A stretch of DNA of 59,515 bases, the filler included. It is 5 parts of 5 records of this genome, joined end to end, with 100 filler letters (N's around TTAATTAATTAA, not from the genome) between each part and the next. Parts side by side here need not be neighbours in the genome. Positions count along the whole stretch, not along the records: positions 1 to 8,792 come from DRR378314_530; positions 8,893 to 27,722 come from DRR378314_532; 3 more parts are not named here. The stretch is one strand, 5' to 3'. The notes under the pieces are model-generated. The model made no database searches. It had not been told where the DNA came from and saw only the letters and a list, made by a program, of their open reading frames with translations. The translations under genes were made by a program, and so were the position numbers. This document shows positions 1-8,927 of the stretch, piece by piece (position 1 is the stretch's first letter; every line of letters begins with the position of its first letter).

Positions 1-123
1 CGCTCCGAGATATTTGTGAAAAGATGAAGGTGCAGCACGCGCCCGGCGGCACCGCAGGTGCTCAAACAGAAAAAGCGCGGGGCGTGAGCTCCGCGCTTTT
101 GCCGCATTACTACAGATGGCGGA

Positions 124-990
124 TCAGCTGCGGACCAGCGTCTCGTAGGCTTCGGAAATTTCCCGGGTCATTGCGCCCACCTCGAAAGTGTAGGGGCCGA
201 TCTCGCCCACAGGAGTCACCTCGGCAGCAGTACCGGTGAGCCAGCACTGTTCGAACCCGTCCATTTCCTCTGGCATAATGTGGCGCTCATGCACGGTGAT
301 CCCGCGATCCTTCAGCATCTGGATCACGGTCTGGCGGGTGATGCCGTTGAGGAAGCAATCGGGTTTCGGCGTGTGCACTTCGCCATCCTTGACGAAGAAG
401 ATATTGGCGCCGGTCGCCTCGGCCACATAGCCACGATAATCCATGAACAGAGCGTCGGAACAGCCCTTGGCCTCCGCCTTGTGTTTGGAGATGGTGCAGA
501 TCATGTAGAGACCCGCCGCCTTGGCATGCACGGGAATGGTTTCCGGCGACGGGCGCTTGAACTCGGCGATGTCGAGCTTGGCGCCCTGCATCTTGGCGTC
601 ACCATAATAGGCGCCCCAGCCCCAGACCGCGACCGCCATGCGTACGGGGTTCTTTGCAGACGCCACGCCCATGTCCTCGCCCGAGCCGCGCCAGACCACG
701 GCCCGCACATAGGCGTCCGTCAGGCCGGAAGCTTTCAGCGTCTCTTCCTTGGCCTTTTCGATGTCATCCACCGAATAGGGCATCGGCATGTCCAGCGCCT
801 CGGCCGAGGCGATCAGGCGTGCGGAATGTTCGCGGCTTTTGAAGATCTTGCCATTGTAGGCGCGCTCCCCCTCGAACACGGAAGAGGCATAATGCATTGC
901 ATGGGTCAGCACATGGACGTTGGCGTCGCGCCAGTTCACCAGTTCGCCATCCATCCAGATCAGACCATCGCGGTCATCATATCCAGCCAT
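124..990 (-). CDS. ilvE: Branched-chain amino acid aminotransferase (PLP fold IV)
   Basis: 288 aa; HYASSVFEG, catalytic Lys in HAKAAGLY, EATGANIF, LNGITR, GTAAEVTPV. Confidence 0.95.
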   Translation of the reverse strand: MAGYDDRDGLIWMDGELVNWRDANVHVLTHAMHYASSVFEGERAYNGKIFKSREHSARLIASAEALDMPMPYSVDDIEKAKEETLKASGLTDAYVRAVVWRGSGEDMGVASAKNPVRMAVAVWGWGAYYGDAKMQGAKLDIAEFKRPSPETIPVHAKAAGLYMICTISKHKAEAKGCSDALFMDYRGYVAEATGANIFFVKDGEVHTPKPDCFLNGITRQTVIQMLKDRGITVHERHIMPEEMDGFEQCWLTGTAAEVTPVGEIGPYTFEVGAMTREISEAYETLVRS

Positions 991-1149
991 TCCACTTTCC
1001 TTTTCAGCGCCGTAGCATTTTCACTTCTTGCGCAAGTTACCGTGAACACGTTCACATAATTGCGCCAAACCGGCAACTCGATACATCTCGGGTCTTGGAA
1101 TGTCAACAATGCTGACATAAACTGGCCTGCAAAACGAAGGAGAGGCAAA

Positions 1150-1662
1150 ATGTCTGACGGGCGGCCCGGGTCTGGATTTGGTGGCGAGAGCCTGCTGTTC
1201 CTGACCGACGAACAGCTGCGCCAGGGGATCGAGGCAATGTTCTTTGCCTATCGGGGCTTTACCGCGGATCCCGACCGGATCCTGGCCGAACTGGCCTATG
1301 GTCGGGCACACCATCGGGCGTTGCATTTCATCAATCGTTCGCCGGGCACCACGGTCAACAACCTGCTGAGCATTCTCGGGGTCACCAAGCAATCGCTGAA
1401 CCGCGTGCTGCGGGCCCTGGTCGAGGATGGGCTGGTGGACAGTCGGGTCGGCACACTCGACAAGCGGGAGCGCAACCTCTACCTCACCGAGCGCGGTCAG
1501 GAACTGGAACAGCGTCTGTCCGATGCCCAGCGCATCCGCATGCGCGCCGCCTACAAGCAGGCCGGGCCAGAGGCCGTGCAAGGGTTCAAGAAAGTACTGG
1601 AAGCCATGATGGATGCCGATATGCGCCGGGCCTATGTCGAAATGCGCGAGAAACCGCAATGA
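1150..1662 (+). CDS. petP: MarR-family regulator (PetP-like)
   Basis: ATG at 1150 after AGGAGAGG; wHTH LGVTKQSLNRVLRAL...DKRERNLYLT; overlaps the next gene by ATGA. Confidence 0.8.
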   Translation: MSDGRPGSGFGGESLLFLTDEQLRQGIEAMFFAYRGFTADPDRILAELAYGRAHHRALHFINRSPGTTVNNLLSILGVTKQSLNRVLRALVEDGLVDSRVGTLDKRERNLYLTERGQELEQRLSDAQRIRMRAAYKQAGPEAVQGFKKVLEAMMDADMRRAYVEMREKPQ

Positions 1663-2360
1663 GCACCCCTGATGCGCATCTGCTGATCGTCGACGATGAC
1701 GAACGCATCCGCGACCTGTTGAAGAAATTCCTGATGCGGGCCGGGTTTCTGGTCACTGCAGCACGCGATGCCGCGCATGCGCGCCGAGTGCTGTCGGGGC
1801 TGGATTTCGATCTCATCGTGCTCGACGTGATGATGCCGGGCGAGGATGGGCTGTCGCTGACCGCATCGCTGCGCGAAACCATGGTGACCCCGATCCTGCT
1901 GCTGACCGCGCGGGGCGAGACCGACGACCGCATCAAGGGGCTGGAGGCCGGCGCGGATGACTACCTTCCAAAGCCGTTCGAGCCCAAGGAGCTGTTGCTG
2001 CGGATCAACGCGATCCTGCGGCGGATGCCGGAGAACCAGCCGGAAGAGGTGACGCCGAAATTCCTGCAGCTGGGGGCCATTCGCTATGACATCGACCGGG
2101 GTGAAATGTGGCAGGGCGAGGATCTGATCCGCCTGACCTCGACCGAGATACAGCTGATGAAGATCTTTTCCGCCCAGCCGGGAGAGCCTGTCAGTAGGGC
2201 CAAGCTGGTGGAGGATCTGGGCCGCGACCGTGGTCAGGCACAGGAGCGCGCGGTTGACGTGCAGATCACCCGCCTGCGCCGCAAGATCGAGCCCAATCCA
2301 AAACAGCCGCAGTATCTGCAAACGGTGCGCGGCGCGGGCTACATGTTGGCTCCGGACTGA
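1659..2360 (+). CDS. petR: OmpR-family response regulator (PetR-like)
   Basis: Receiver domain (VDDD, LDVMMPGEDG, GADDYLPKPF) plus wHTH (RAVDVQITRLRRKIE, TVRGAGY); no kinase alongside. Confidence 0.85.
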   Translation: MSTPDAHLLIVDDDERIRDLLKKFLMRAGFLVTAARDAAHARRVLSGLDFDLIVLDVMMPGEDGLSLTASLRETMVTPILLLTARGETDDRIKGLEAGADDYLPKPFEPKELLLRINAILRRMPENQPEEVTPKFLQLGAIRYDIDRGEMWQGEDLIRLTSTEIQLMKIFSAQPGEPVSRAKLVEDLGRDRGQAQERAVDVQITRLRRKIEPNPKQPQYLQTVRGAGYMLAPD

Positions 2361-2555
2361 GGGTCCGCGACATCGAGGCAGTCGTCCCTGCTGTCGGGGC
2401 ACCTCAGCGCCCGGCCTGCTCATGCGCGCAGGCCACGGTTTTCTGTGCGGGGGGTGGTAATCAGACCTCATGCGGACTGACGCTGAACTGACGGTGGCCC
2501 CCTTGAATTGCGCCGGTCAAACGGGGATCGTGCTGCAAATCATTTGAGGACGCCT

Positions 2556-3482
2556 ATGACCACTGCATTGCTGACCCACGCGGATTGCCTGTCTCACGAA
2601 ACGCCCGAAGGCCACCCGGAGCAGGTGGCGCGGCTGGAACATGTGCTGCATGCGCTGGCGGGGCTCGACCTGCGGCGTGTGACCGCACCGATGGCGGCGG
2701 AGGATGACATCCTGCGCGTGCATCCCGCATCCTATCTGGCCGAGCTGCGCCGGGAGCTGCCCGCCGAAGGGCGCAAGCAGCTTGATGCGGATACCTGGAT
2801 GTCGCCGGGGTCGCTGGATGCCGCCTTTCGTGCCGCTGGCGCCGCGGTGCGTGCGGTGGACTTGGTGCTGGGCGGTGAGGTTGGCAATGCCTTCTGCGCT
2901 ACCCGCCCGCCGGGGCACCATGCGGAAACCGACACGCCGATGGGCTTCTGCTTGTTTGGCAATGCAGCCCTGGCGGCGAAACATGCGCTGGACCACCACG
3001 GGCTGAGCCGCGTCGCCGTGGTTGATTTCGATGTCCACCACGGCAATGGCACTCAGGATCTGCTGTGGGACGAGAAACGCGCGCTGGTCATCACCTCCCA
3101 ACAATTGCCGCTCTGGCCCGGTACCGGCCACCCGGAGGAAGATGGCGCGCATGGTAATGTGATGAACCTGCCCCTGCCGCCGGAAAGCACCGGCGCGAAT
3201 ATGCGGGACCTCTACACCGAGCAGGTGTTTCCCCGCCTGCGCGCCTTCAAGCCAGAGCTGATCATTCTGTCGGCTGGCTTTGACGCCCACAAGGACGACC
3301 CACTGGCGCAATTGCAGTGGGAAACCGAGGATTTCCGCTGGTTGACGGCGCAGCTGTGCAGCCTTGCGCAAGAGCTGTGTCAGGGTCGTATCGTCTCGAC
3401 TTTGGAGGGCGGATATGATCTGAACGCGCTGACCGACGCCGCCAAGGCGCATGTGGAAGAATTGATAAAGGCCGCGACATGA
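2556..3482 (+). CDS. Histone deacetylase/AcuC-AphA family Zn-dependent deacetylase
   Basis: HPE, RPPGHHA, GFC, DFDVHHGNGTQD, SAGFDAH, LEGGY; start at ATG 2556 after GAGGA. Confidence 0.93.
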   Translation: MTTALLTHADCLSHETPEGHPEQVARLEHVLHALAGLDLRRVTAPMAAEDDILRVHPASYLAELRRELPAEGRKQLDADTWMSPGSLDAAFRAAGAAVRAVDLVLGGEVGNAFCATRPPGHHAETDTPMGFCLFGNAALAAKHALDHHGLSRVAVVDFDVHHGNGTQDLLWDEKRALVITSQQLPLWPGTGHPEEDGAHGNVMNLPLPPESTGANMRDLYTEQVFPRLRAFKPELIILSAGFDAHKDDPLAQLQWETEDFRWLTAQLCSLAQELCQGRIVSTLEGGYDLNALTDAAKAHVEELIKAAT

Positions 3483-3724
3483 CTACCGAGACCCCCGTCA
3501 CCGAAATGAGCTTTGAACAGGCGATGCAGGAGCTGGAACGCGTCGTCGATCAGCTGGAGCGCGGCGATGTGGCGCTGGACGCCTCCATCGCGCTCTATGA
3601 ACGGGGGGCGGCGCTGAAGAAACGCTGCGAGGACGAGCTGAAGCGCGCCGAGGAGAAGGTCGCCGCGATCACCCTCGACGCCAATGGCCAGCCCACCGGC
3701 ACCCAGCCGCTCGACGCGGGATAA
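3479..3724 (+). CDS. xseB: Exodeoxyribonuclease VII small subunit
   Basis: SFEQAMQELERVVDQLERGDVALDASIALYERG; xseB-ispA-dxs synteny. Confidence 0.95.
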   Translation: MTTETPVTEMSFEQAMQELERVVDQLERGDVALDASIALYERGAALKKRCEDELKRAEEKVAAITLDANGQPTGTQPLDAG

Positions 3725-3730
3725 GCGCGC

Positions 3731-4594
3731 ATGACTGCAGGGTTTGCCGCCGCGCTCTCGCAAGCGCAGGCGAAGATCTCCACCCATATGGACATGCGTC
3801 TGCCGCAAGCGGACTTGCTGCATGAGGCGATGGCTTATGCGCTGCGCGGCGGCAAGATGCTGCGCGGGTTTCTGGTGCTGGAAAGCGCGCGCCTGCATGA
3901 TGTGCCGGAGGCCGCAGCGCTAGAGGCGGCGCTGGCGATCGAATGCATCCATGCCTATTCACTGGTGCATGACGATCTGCCCAGCATGGATGATGATGAC
4001 CTGCGCCGAGGCCAGCCCACGCTGCACCGCAAATGGGACGAGGCCACCGCCGTGCTGGCGGGCGACAGTCTGCAGACATTTGCATTTGAATTGTTGGCAC
4101 GGGATGAGGTCGGCCCTCATGCGCTGGCACTGATCCGCACCCTGGCGGAGGCGGCGGGCAAGGACGGCATGGTGTCGGGCCAGATGCTGGATATCGCCGC
4201 TGAAAGCGCGGCAACCCCGCTGACGCTCGACCAGATCACCACTCTGCAGGCGCGCAAGACCGGCTGTCTGATCGAATGGTCCGCCTGCGCTGGCGCCCGT
4301 CTGGCCGGGGCGAACCCCGAGCCGCTGCGACACTATGCGCAGGCCCTGGGGCTGGCTTTTCAGATCGCCGACGACATCTTGGACATCGAGGGCGATGCCG
4401 CCACGGTGGGCAAGGCTGTGCGTAAGGACGCCGACGCGGGCAAGGCGACCTTTGTCTCGCTGCTGGGGCTGGAGGGCGCAAAGAGCCGCGCACAGGAACT
4501 GGCACAGCTCGCCAGCACCGCGCTGGCCCCCTATGGTGCGGCAGGCGGGACCTTGAAGGATGCCGCCCGCTTCGTTATCTCGCGCGACAGCTGA
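3731..4594 (+). CDS. ispA: Farnesyl/geranyl diphosphate synthase
   Basis: GGK, first Asp-rich motif HDDLPSMD..RRG, KTG, FQIADDILD. Confidence 0.93.
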   Translation: MTAGFAAALSQAQAKISTHMDMRLPQADLLHEAMAYALRGGKMLRGFLVLESARLHDVPEAAALEAALAIECIHAYSLVHDDLPSMDDDDLRRGQPTLHRKWDEATAVLAGDSLQTFAFELLARDEVGPHALALIRTLAEAAGKDGMVSGQMLDIAAESAATPLTLDQITTLQARKTGCLIEWSACAGARLAGANPEPLRHYAQALGLAFQIADDILDIEGDAATVGKAVRKDADAGKATFVSLLGLEGAKSRAQELAQLASTALAPYGAAGGTLKDAARFVISRDS

Positions 4595-4618
4595 CGCGCC
4601 ACAGGAGCCACGACCCAC

Positions 4619-6547
4619 ATGACCGACCGGCCACAGACCCCGCTCCTCGACCAGATCGCATCACCTGCGGATCTGAAACGGCTGACCGACGCGCAGTTGG
4701 AGCAGGTTGCCCATGAGCTGCGACAGGAAACGATCTCTGCCGTGTCCGTCACTGGCGGCCATCTGGGCGCTGGGCTTGGGGTGGTGGAGCTGACCGTGGC
4801 GCTGCACGCGGTGTTCGACACCCCCAAGGACAAGGTGATCTGGGACGTCTCGCACCAGTGTTATCCGCACAAGATCCTGACCGGGCGGCGGGATCGTATC
4901 CGCACCCTGCGGATGAAGGATGGTCTGAGCGGGTTCACCAAACGCTCCGAGAGTGCCTATGATCCGTTTGGCGCGGCGCATAGCTCCACCTCGATTTCCG
5001 CCGCGCTAGGGTTTTCCGTGGCGCGCGACCTTGGCGGTGTCACTGAAGAGGGCCTTGGGGATGCGATCGCGGTGATCGGCGATGGCGCGATGAGCGCCGG
5101 CATGGCATTCGAGGCGATGAACAACGCCGGCCATCTGGGCAAGCGGTTGATCGTGATCCTCAACGACAATGAAATGTCGATCGCACCGCCGGTGGGGGCG
5201 CTGTCGTCCTACCTCAGCCGACTTTATACCGAGGCGCCGTTTCATGACCTGAAAGCCGCGGCCAAGGGCGCGGTCTCCTTCCTGCCGGAACCGTTCCGCG
5301 AAGGGGCGAAACGCGCCAAGGACATGCTGAAGGGCATGGCCATGGGCGGCACCCTGTTTGAATCGCTGGGCTTTTCCTACATCGGGCCGATTGATGGCCA
5401 TGACATGGACCAACTGCTGCCGGTGCTGCGCACCGTGAAGGCGCGCGCGACGGGGCCGATCCTGATCCACGCGGTCACCAAGAAGGGCAAGGGCTATCGC
5501 CCCGCCGAGATCGCCCGCGACAAGGGTCATGCCACCGCAAAATTCGACATGGTGACCGGCGAGCAGAAGAAAGCGCCCTCCAATGCGCCCTCCTATACAT
5601 CGGTCTTTGGCAACACGCTGGTGGAGCTGGCCGCGCAGGACAGCAAGATCTGCGCCGTCACCGCCGCGATGCCCGATGGCACCGGCCTCAATCTGATGGC
5701 GGAGCGCTACCCGTCGCGCTGTTTTGACGTCGGGATTGCCGAACAGCATGGCGTCACCTTTGCCGCCGCTCTGGCCGCCGGCGGGATGAAGCCCTTCTGC
5801 GCGCTCTACTCCACCTTCCTGCAACGCGGCTACGATCAGGTGGTGCATGATGTGGCGATCCAGCGCCTGCCGGTGCGCTTTGCCATCGACCGCGCCGGTC
5901 TGGTGGGGGCGGATGGCGCCACCCATGCGGGATCTTTCGACATTGGTTTCATGTCCAACCTGCCCGGCATGGTGGTGATGGCCTCCGCCGACGAGGCCGA
6001 GCTGAAGCATATGATTGCCACTGCCGCCGCCCATGACGATGGTCCCATCGCCTTCCGCTATCCGCGGGGCGAGGGCGAAGGCGTCGAGATGCCGGAACAG
6101 CCGCAGGTGCTGGAGATCGGCAAGGGCCGGATGATCCAGTCCGGCGCCCGCGTCGCACTACTGTCCTTCGGCACCCGTCTGAGCGAGGTCAAAAAGGCCG
6201 CCGAAGCGCTGGCGGCCAAGGGCATCACGCCAACGATTGCCGATGCGCGCTTTGCCAAGCCGCTGGATCGCGATCTGATCCTGGGGCTGGCCGCGGATCA
6301 CGAGGCGCTGATCACCATCGAAGAAGGCGCCGTGGGTGGTTTTGGCTCTCACGTGGCGCAGCTCTTGTCCGACGAGGGCGTGTTTGACGACGGGCTGAAG
6401 TACCGCTCCATGGTGCTGCCGGACACCTTCATCGACCAGTCCAGCCCCGCGGACATGTACGCCAGTGCGGCGATGAATGCGGAGCATATCGAGGCCAAGG
6501 TGCTGGATGTGCTGGGCGTGGCGCAGATCGGCGAGAAGCGGGCGTAG
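4619..6547 (+). CDS. dxs: 1-deoxy-D-xylulose-5-phosphate synthase
   Basis: [20 protein letters not shown]...NDN TPP motif, GIAEQH, YSTFLQR, DRAG. Confidence 0.97.
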   Translation: MTDRPQTPLLDQIASPADLKRLTDAQLEQVAHELRQETISAVSVTGGHLGAGLGVVELTVALHAVFDTPKDKVIWDVSHQCYPHKILTGRRDRIRTLRMKDGLSGFTKRSESAYDPFGAAHSSTSISAALGFSVARDLGGVTEEGLGDAIAVIGDGAMSAGMAFEAMNNAGHLGKRLIVILNDNEMSIAPPVGALSSYLSRLYTEAPFHDLKAAAKGAVSFLPEPFREGAKRAKDMLKGMAMGGTLFESLGFSYIGPIDGHDMDQLLPVLRTVKARATGPILIHAVTKKGKGYRPAEIARDKGHATAKFDMVTGEQKKAPSNAPSYTSVFGNTLVELAAQDSKICAVTAAMPDGTGLNLMAERYPSRCFDVGIAEQHGVTFAAALAAGGMKPFCALYSTFLQRGYDQVVHDVAIQRLPVRFAIDRAGLVGADGATHAGSFDIGFMSNLPGMVVMASADEAELKHMIATAAAHDDGPIAFRYPRGEGEGVEMPEQPQVLEIGKGRMIQSGARVALLSFGTRLSEVKKAAEALAAKGITPTIADARFAKPLDRDLILGLAADHEALITIEEGAVGGFGSHVAQLLSDEGVFDDGLKYRSMVLPDTFIDQSSPADMYASAAMNAEHIEAKVLDVLGVAQIGEKRA

Positions 6548-6639
6548 GTTCGCAAGTTGTTGTTTAGAATCGAAAACTCAGTGACGACAACACGTTGAAA
6601 ATATTCGTTGAATCTACACGAGATATGATAGAGACTGAT

Positions 6640-6681
6640 GATTGAGGGCGGTTGCTCCGCCAAGAATTGCCGCCCTCAATC
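6640..6681 (-). terminator. GC-rich inverted repeat between dxs and the convergent small ORF
   Basis: GATTGAGGGCGG (6640-6651) pairs perfectly with CCGCCCTCAATC (6670-6681); it starts 4 nt after the small-ORF stop; no strong U-tail. Confidence 0.55.
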
Positions 6682-6685
6682 CTAG

Positions 6686-6805
6686 TTATTTAGGTTTCTT
6701 GATTGTCTCAACAACATGAGTACTCTTATGTTGTTGAGCCTTCTTGACCGTCGTGAAGCGACCAGTTTTTGCGCTCCTTCCGATCTTCGACGTCTTTTTG
6801 GTCAT
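6686..6805 (-). CDS. 39-aa basic small protein MTKKTSKIGRSAKTGRFTTVKKAQQHKSTHVVETIKKPK (below ORF-track cutoff)
   Basis: AAGGTGA SD-like site before ATG 6805, TAA at 6686-6688, hairpin just downstream; GRxAKTGRF...T(H/T)VVET pattern recalled from widespread tiny hypothetical proteins. Confidence 0.7.
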   Translation of the reverse strand: MTKKTSKIGRSAKTGRFTTVKKAQQHKSTHVVETIKKPK

Positions 6806-7029
6806 AGATATTCACCTTTTGTCCAAATGCGGCGGATCGGTTCCGTCTCCCTAGGTGCCGAATACACCTCTGCCTACGCTGTTATCAACGAATCTGCAGC
6901 ATTGCTTCCTATCTTATGCAAAATGGCACCCAGAGTCTATGTAATGAAGCAACATCATGGATCTGGCAGGCCACCACCCGCAATATATAGGAAGTGTCTA
7001 GTGTCGCGCACGCCTCGAAGAACCGCATC

Positions 7030-7911
7030 TCACACCCCCGGCGGGTCCGCTGGAGGGACAAAACGCTCCATGTCCTCGGCTGCAAACACCGCCCTCAAGC
7101 CGCTGCGATAGTTCGGATAGCGCAGGTCCACGCCCAGCTCTGCCTTGATCCGGTCATTGCGCACCCGCTTGTTCTCGCCATAGAAGCTGCGCGCCATCGG
7201 GCTCATTCCGGCCTCGTCAAAGGGCACTTCGGCGGGCACCGGCAGGCCCAGCAGCTCTGCCGCGTAGCCAAGCACATCCTGCGGCGGCGCCGGATTGTCA
7301 TCGCAGACATTGTAGACCGCGCCTGGATTGGGCTGCGCGATGGAGGCCGCGAGCACCTGCGCGATGTCCTCCACATGGATGCGCGAGAACACCTGCCCCG
7401 GCTTCACGATCCGTCGCGCCCGGCCCGACATCAGCTTGGCAAACGGCCCGCGCCCGGGGCCGTAGATCCCGGCAAGGCGGAAGATATGCAGCGGCAGCTC
7501 TGGCAGGGCCTGCCAGTCGGCCTCGGCCCGGGCACGCCAATCGCCGCGCTGGCTGGAAGGGGTTATGGGAGTTGTCTCATCAACCCAGGCGCCATCATGG
7601 TCGCCGTAGACCGCGGTGGTGGACAGATAGCCGAGCCACTCCAGCGACGGCAGCTCCGCGATGCGCGCGCCCAGCGCATTCAGCACCGGGTCACCCTCCT
7701 CGGAGGGGCTGATCGACAACAGGATATGGGTTACACCGTCGAGCGGGACATCCTCGCCGGGCCAGGTGAGCAGCTCCACGCCCTCGACCGGGGTGATTTC
7801 CGCACGATCCCGGGTGGTGCCAAGGATGCGCCAGTCGGGCCCGGCCAGCACCTGAGCCAGCGCACGGGCGGTGTATCCAAATCCAAAGCAGAGAAGCGTC
7901 TTTTTCGTCAT
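7030..7911 (-). CDS. SDR/NAD-dependent epimerase-dehydratase family protein
   Basis: GFGYTA Rossmann motif, YLSTTAVYGD, RLAGIYGPGR, FSRIHVEDIA; start at MTKKTLL. Confidence 0.88.
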   Translation of the reverse strand: MTKKTLLCFGFGYTARALAQVLAGPDWRILGTTRDRAEITPVEGVELLTWPGEDVPLDGVTHILLSISPSEEGDPVLNALGARIAELPSLEWLGYLSTTAVYGDHDGAWVDETTPITPSSQRGDWRARAEADWQALPELPLHIFRLAGIYGPGRGPFAKLMSGRARRIVKPGQVFSRIHVEDIAQVLAASIAQPNPGAVYNVCDDNPAPPQDVLGYAAELLGLPVPAEVPFDEAGMSPMARSFYGENKRVRNDRIKAELGVDLRYPNYRSGLRAVFAAEDMERFVPPADPPGV

Positions 7912-7994
7912 GGGCCGGACCATGCTGTTGGTCGCAGGCAGATGCAAGGCGACAAGGTCTTGATTCGAATCCAAACCCCGCCTTTGATCTGGCC

Positions 7995-8630
7995 ATGATT
8001 AAAAAAATGCCAGATGTCAGCGATGCCTATGCATTGCACACCCCGGAGGTTGCGCGACAGCTCTATGCTGATTGGGCAAAGAGCTACGATGACAGCTTTG
8101 CCAACGCGCAGTCCTATCTTCTGCCGGATTTGACCGCGCGGGCCTTTGCGGATGCAGGGGGATGTGGCCCTGTGCTGGACGTCGGCGCGGGCACCGGGCT
8201 TTGCGGTGTGGCGCTGTCTGGACTGCGGGTCACGCCCGTGGATGCCACCGACATCAGCCCCGATATGCTGGCACAGGCGCTGCGGAAGGATGTCTACCGC
8301 GATGTGATCGAGGCCGATCTGTACGCGGGAATTCCGGTGCCACGACAGAGTTATGCCGGGGTGGTCTCCTCCGGCACCTTCACCCACGGCCATCTTGGCC
8401 CGGAGGTGCTGCCCGCGATCCTGAGGGTGGCGCGGAGTGGCGCTTGGTTTGCCCTCTCGGTGAATGCCGCGCATTACGAGGAGCGCGGGTTTGCCACCGC
8501 CTTTGATCGATTGCTGCGTGGGCAGTGGATCACCAATCTGTCGCTGCCTGAGGTGCGCATTTATGGCGAGGACGCGGAGGGCGCACACCGCAACGACACC
8601 GCGCTGATTGCGGTGTTTCAGAAGGTCTGA
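7995..8630 (+). CDS. Class I SAM-dependent methyltransferase
   Basis: YADWAKSYD, VLDVGAGTG, DISPDML, SSGTFTHGH; alternative ATG at 8007. Confidence 0.88.
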   Translation: MIKKMPDVSDAYALHTPEVARQLYADWAKSYDDSFANAQSYLLPDLTARAFADAGGCGPVLDVGAGTGLCGVALSGLRVTPVDATDISPDMLAQALRKDVYRDVIEADLYAGIPVPRQSYAGVVSSGTFTHGHLGPEVLPAILRVARSGAWFALSVNAAHYEERGFATAFDRLLRGQWITNLSLPEVRIYGEDAEGAHRNDTALIAVFQKV

Positions 8631-8644
8631 AACCTGGTGCGACC

Positions 8645-8792
8645 GCGCCGCGCCGTTAGGCGGGGCGCCCGGCCCAACTGGGGTGGACGTCCGTCAGGAC
8701 GGTGGGCACAGGCGGGAGCGCTCCCGCCCCTTTGCATGCCATCCTAGATGCCACACAAAGCCTTGGGCCCGGCAGCGCGCCTGGCGGCGCGC
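8645..8792. repeat. Cluster of GC-rich palindromes (probable intergenic repeat element) at contig end
   Basis: Perfect 18-bp palindrome GGCGGGAGCGCTCCCGCC 8711-8728, CCGTC-AG-GACGG 8691-8702, further GCGCGCC...GGCGCGC where the contig breaks. Confidence 0.5.
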
Positions 8793-8892
8793 NNNNNNNN
8801 NNNNNNNNNNNNNNNNNNNNNNNNNNNNNNNNNNNNTTAATTAATTAANNNNNNNNNNNNNNNNNNNNNNNNNNNNNNNNNNNNNNNNNNNN
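8793..8892. other. Artificial contig linker
   Basis: 44 N + TTAATTAATTAA (stops in all six frames) + 44 N. Confidence 0.99.
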
Positions 8893-8898
8893 CTCCCT

Positions 8899-8922
8899 TT
8901 CGCGGGCTGGGCCCGCTCCTAC
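8899..8922 (-). repeat. GTAG-family REP sequence
   Basis: Minus strand GTAG-GA-GCGGGC-CCA-GCCCGC-GAA, at a contig end just after a stop codon. Confidence 0.7.
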
Positions 8923-8927
8923 CAGGG

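Noticed and set aside
6716-7111. 131-aa plus-strand ORF in the AT-rich islet
   Set aside because: No SD or recognisable motif; overlaps both the SDR gene and the better-supported minus-strand microprotein
8837-8848. TTAATTAATTAA repeated four times in the window
   Set aside because: Assembly spacer, not a biological repeat or CRISPR
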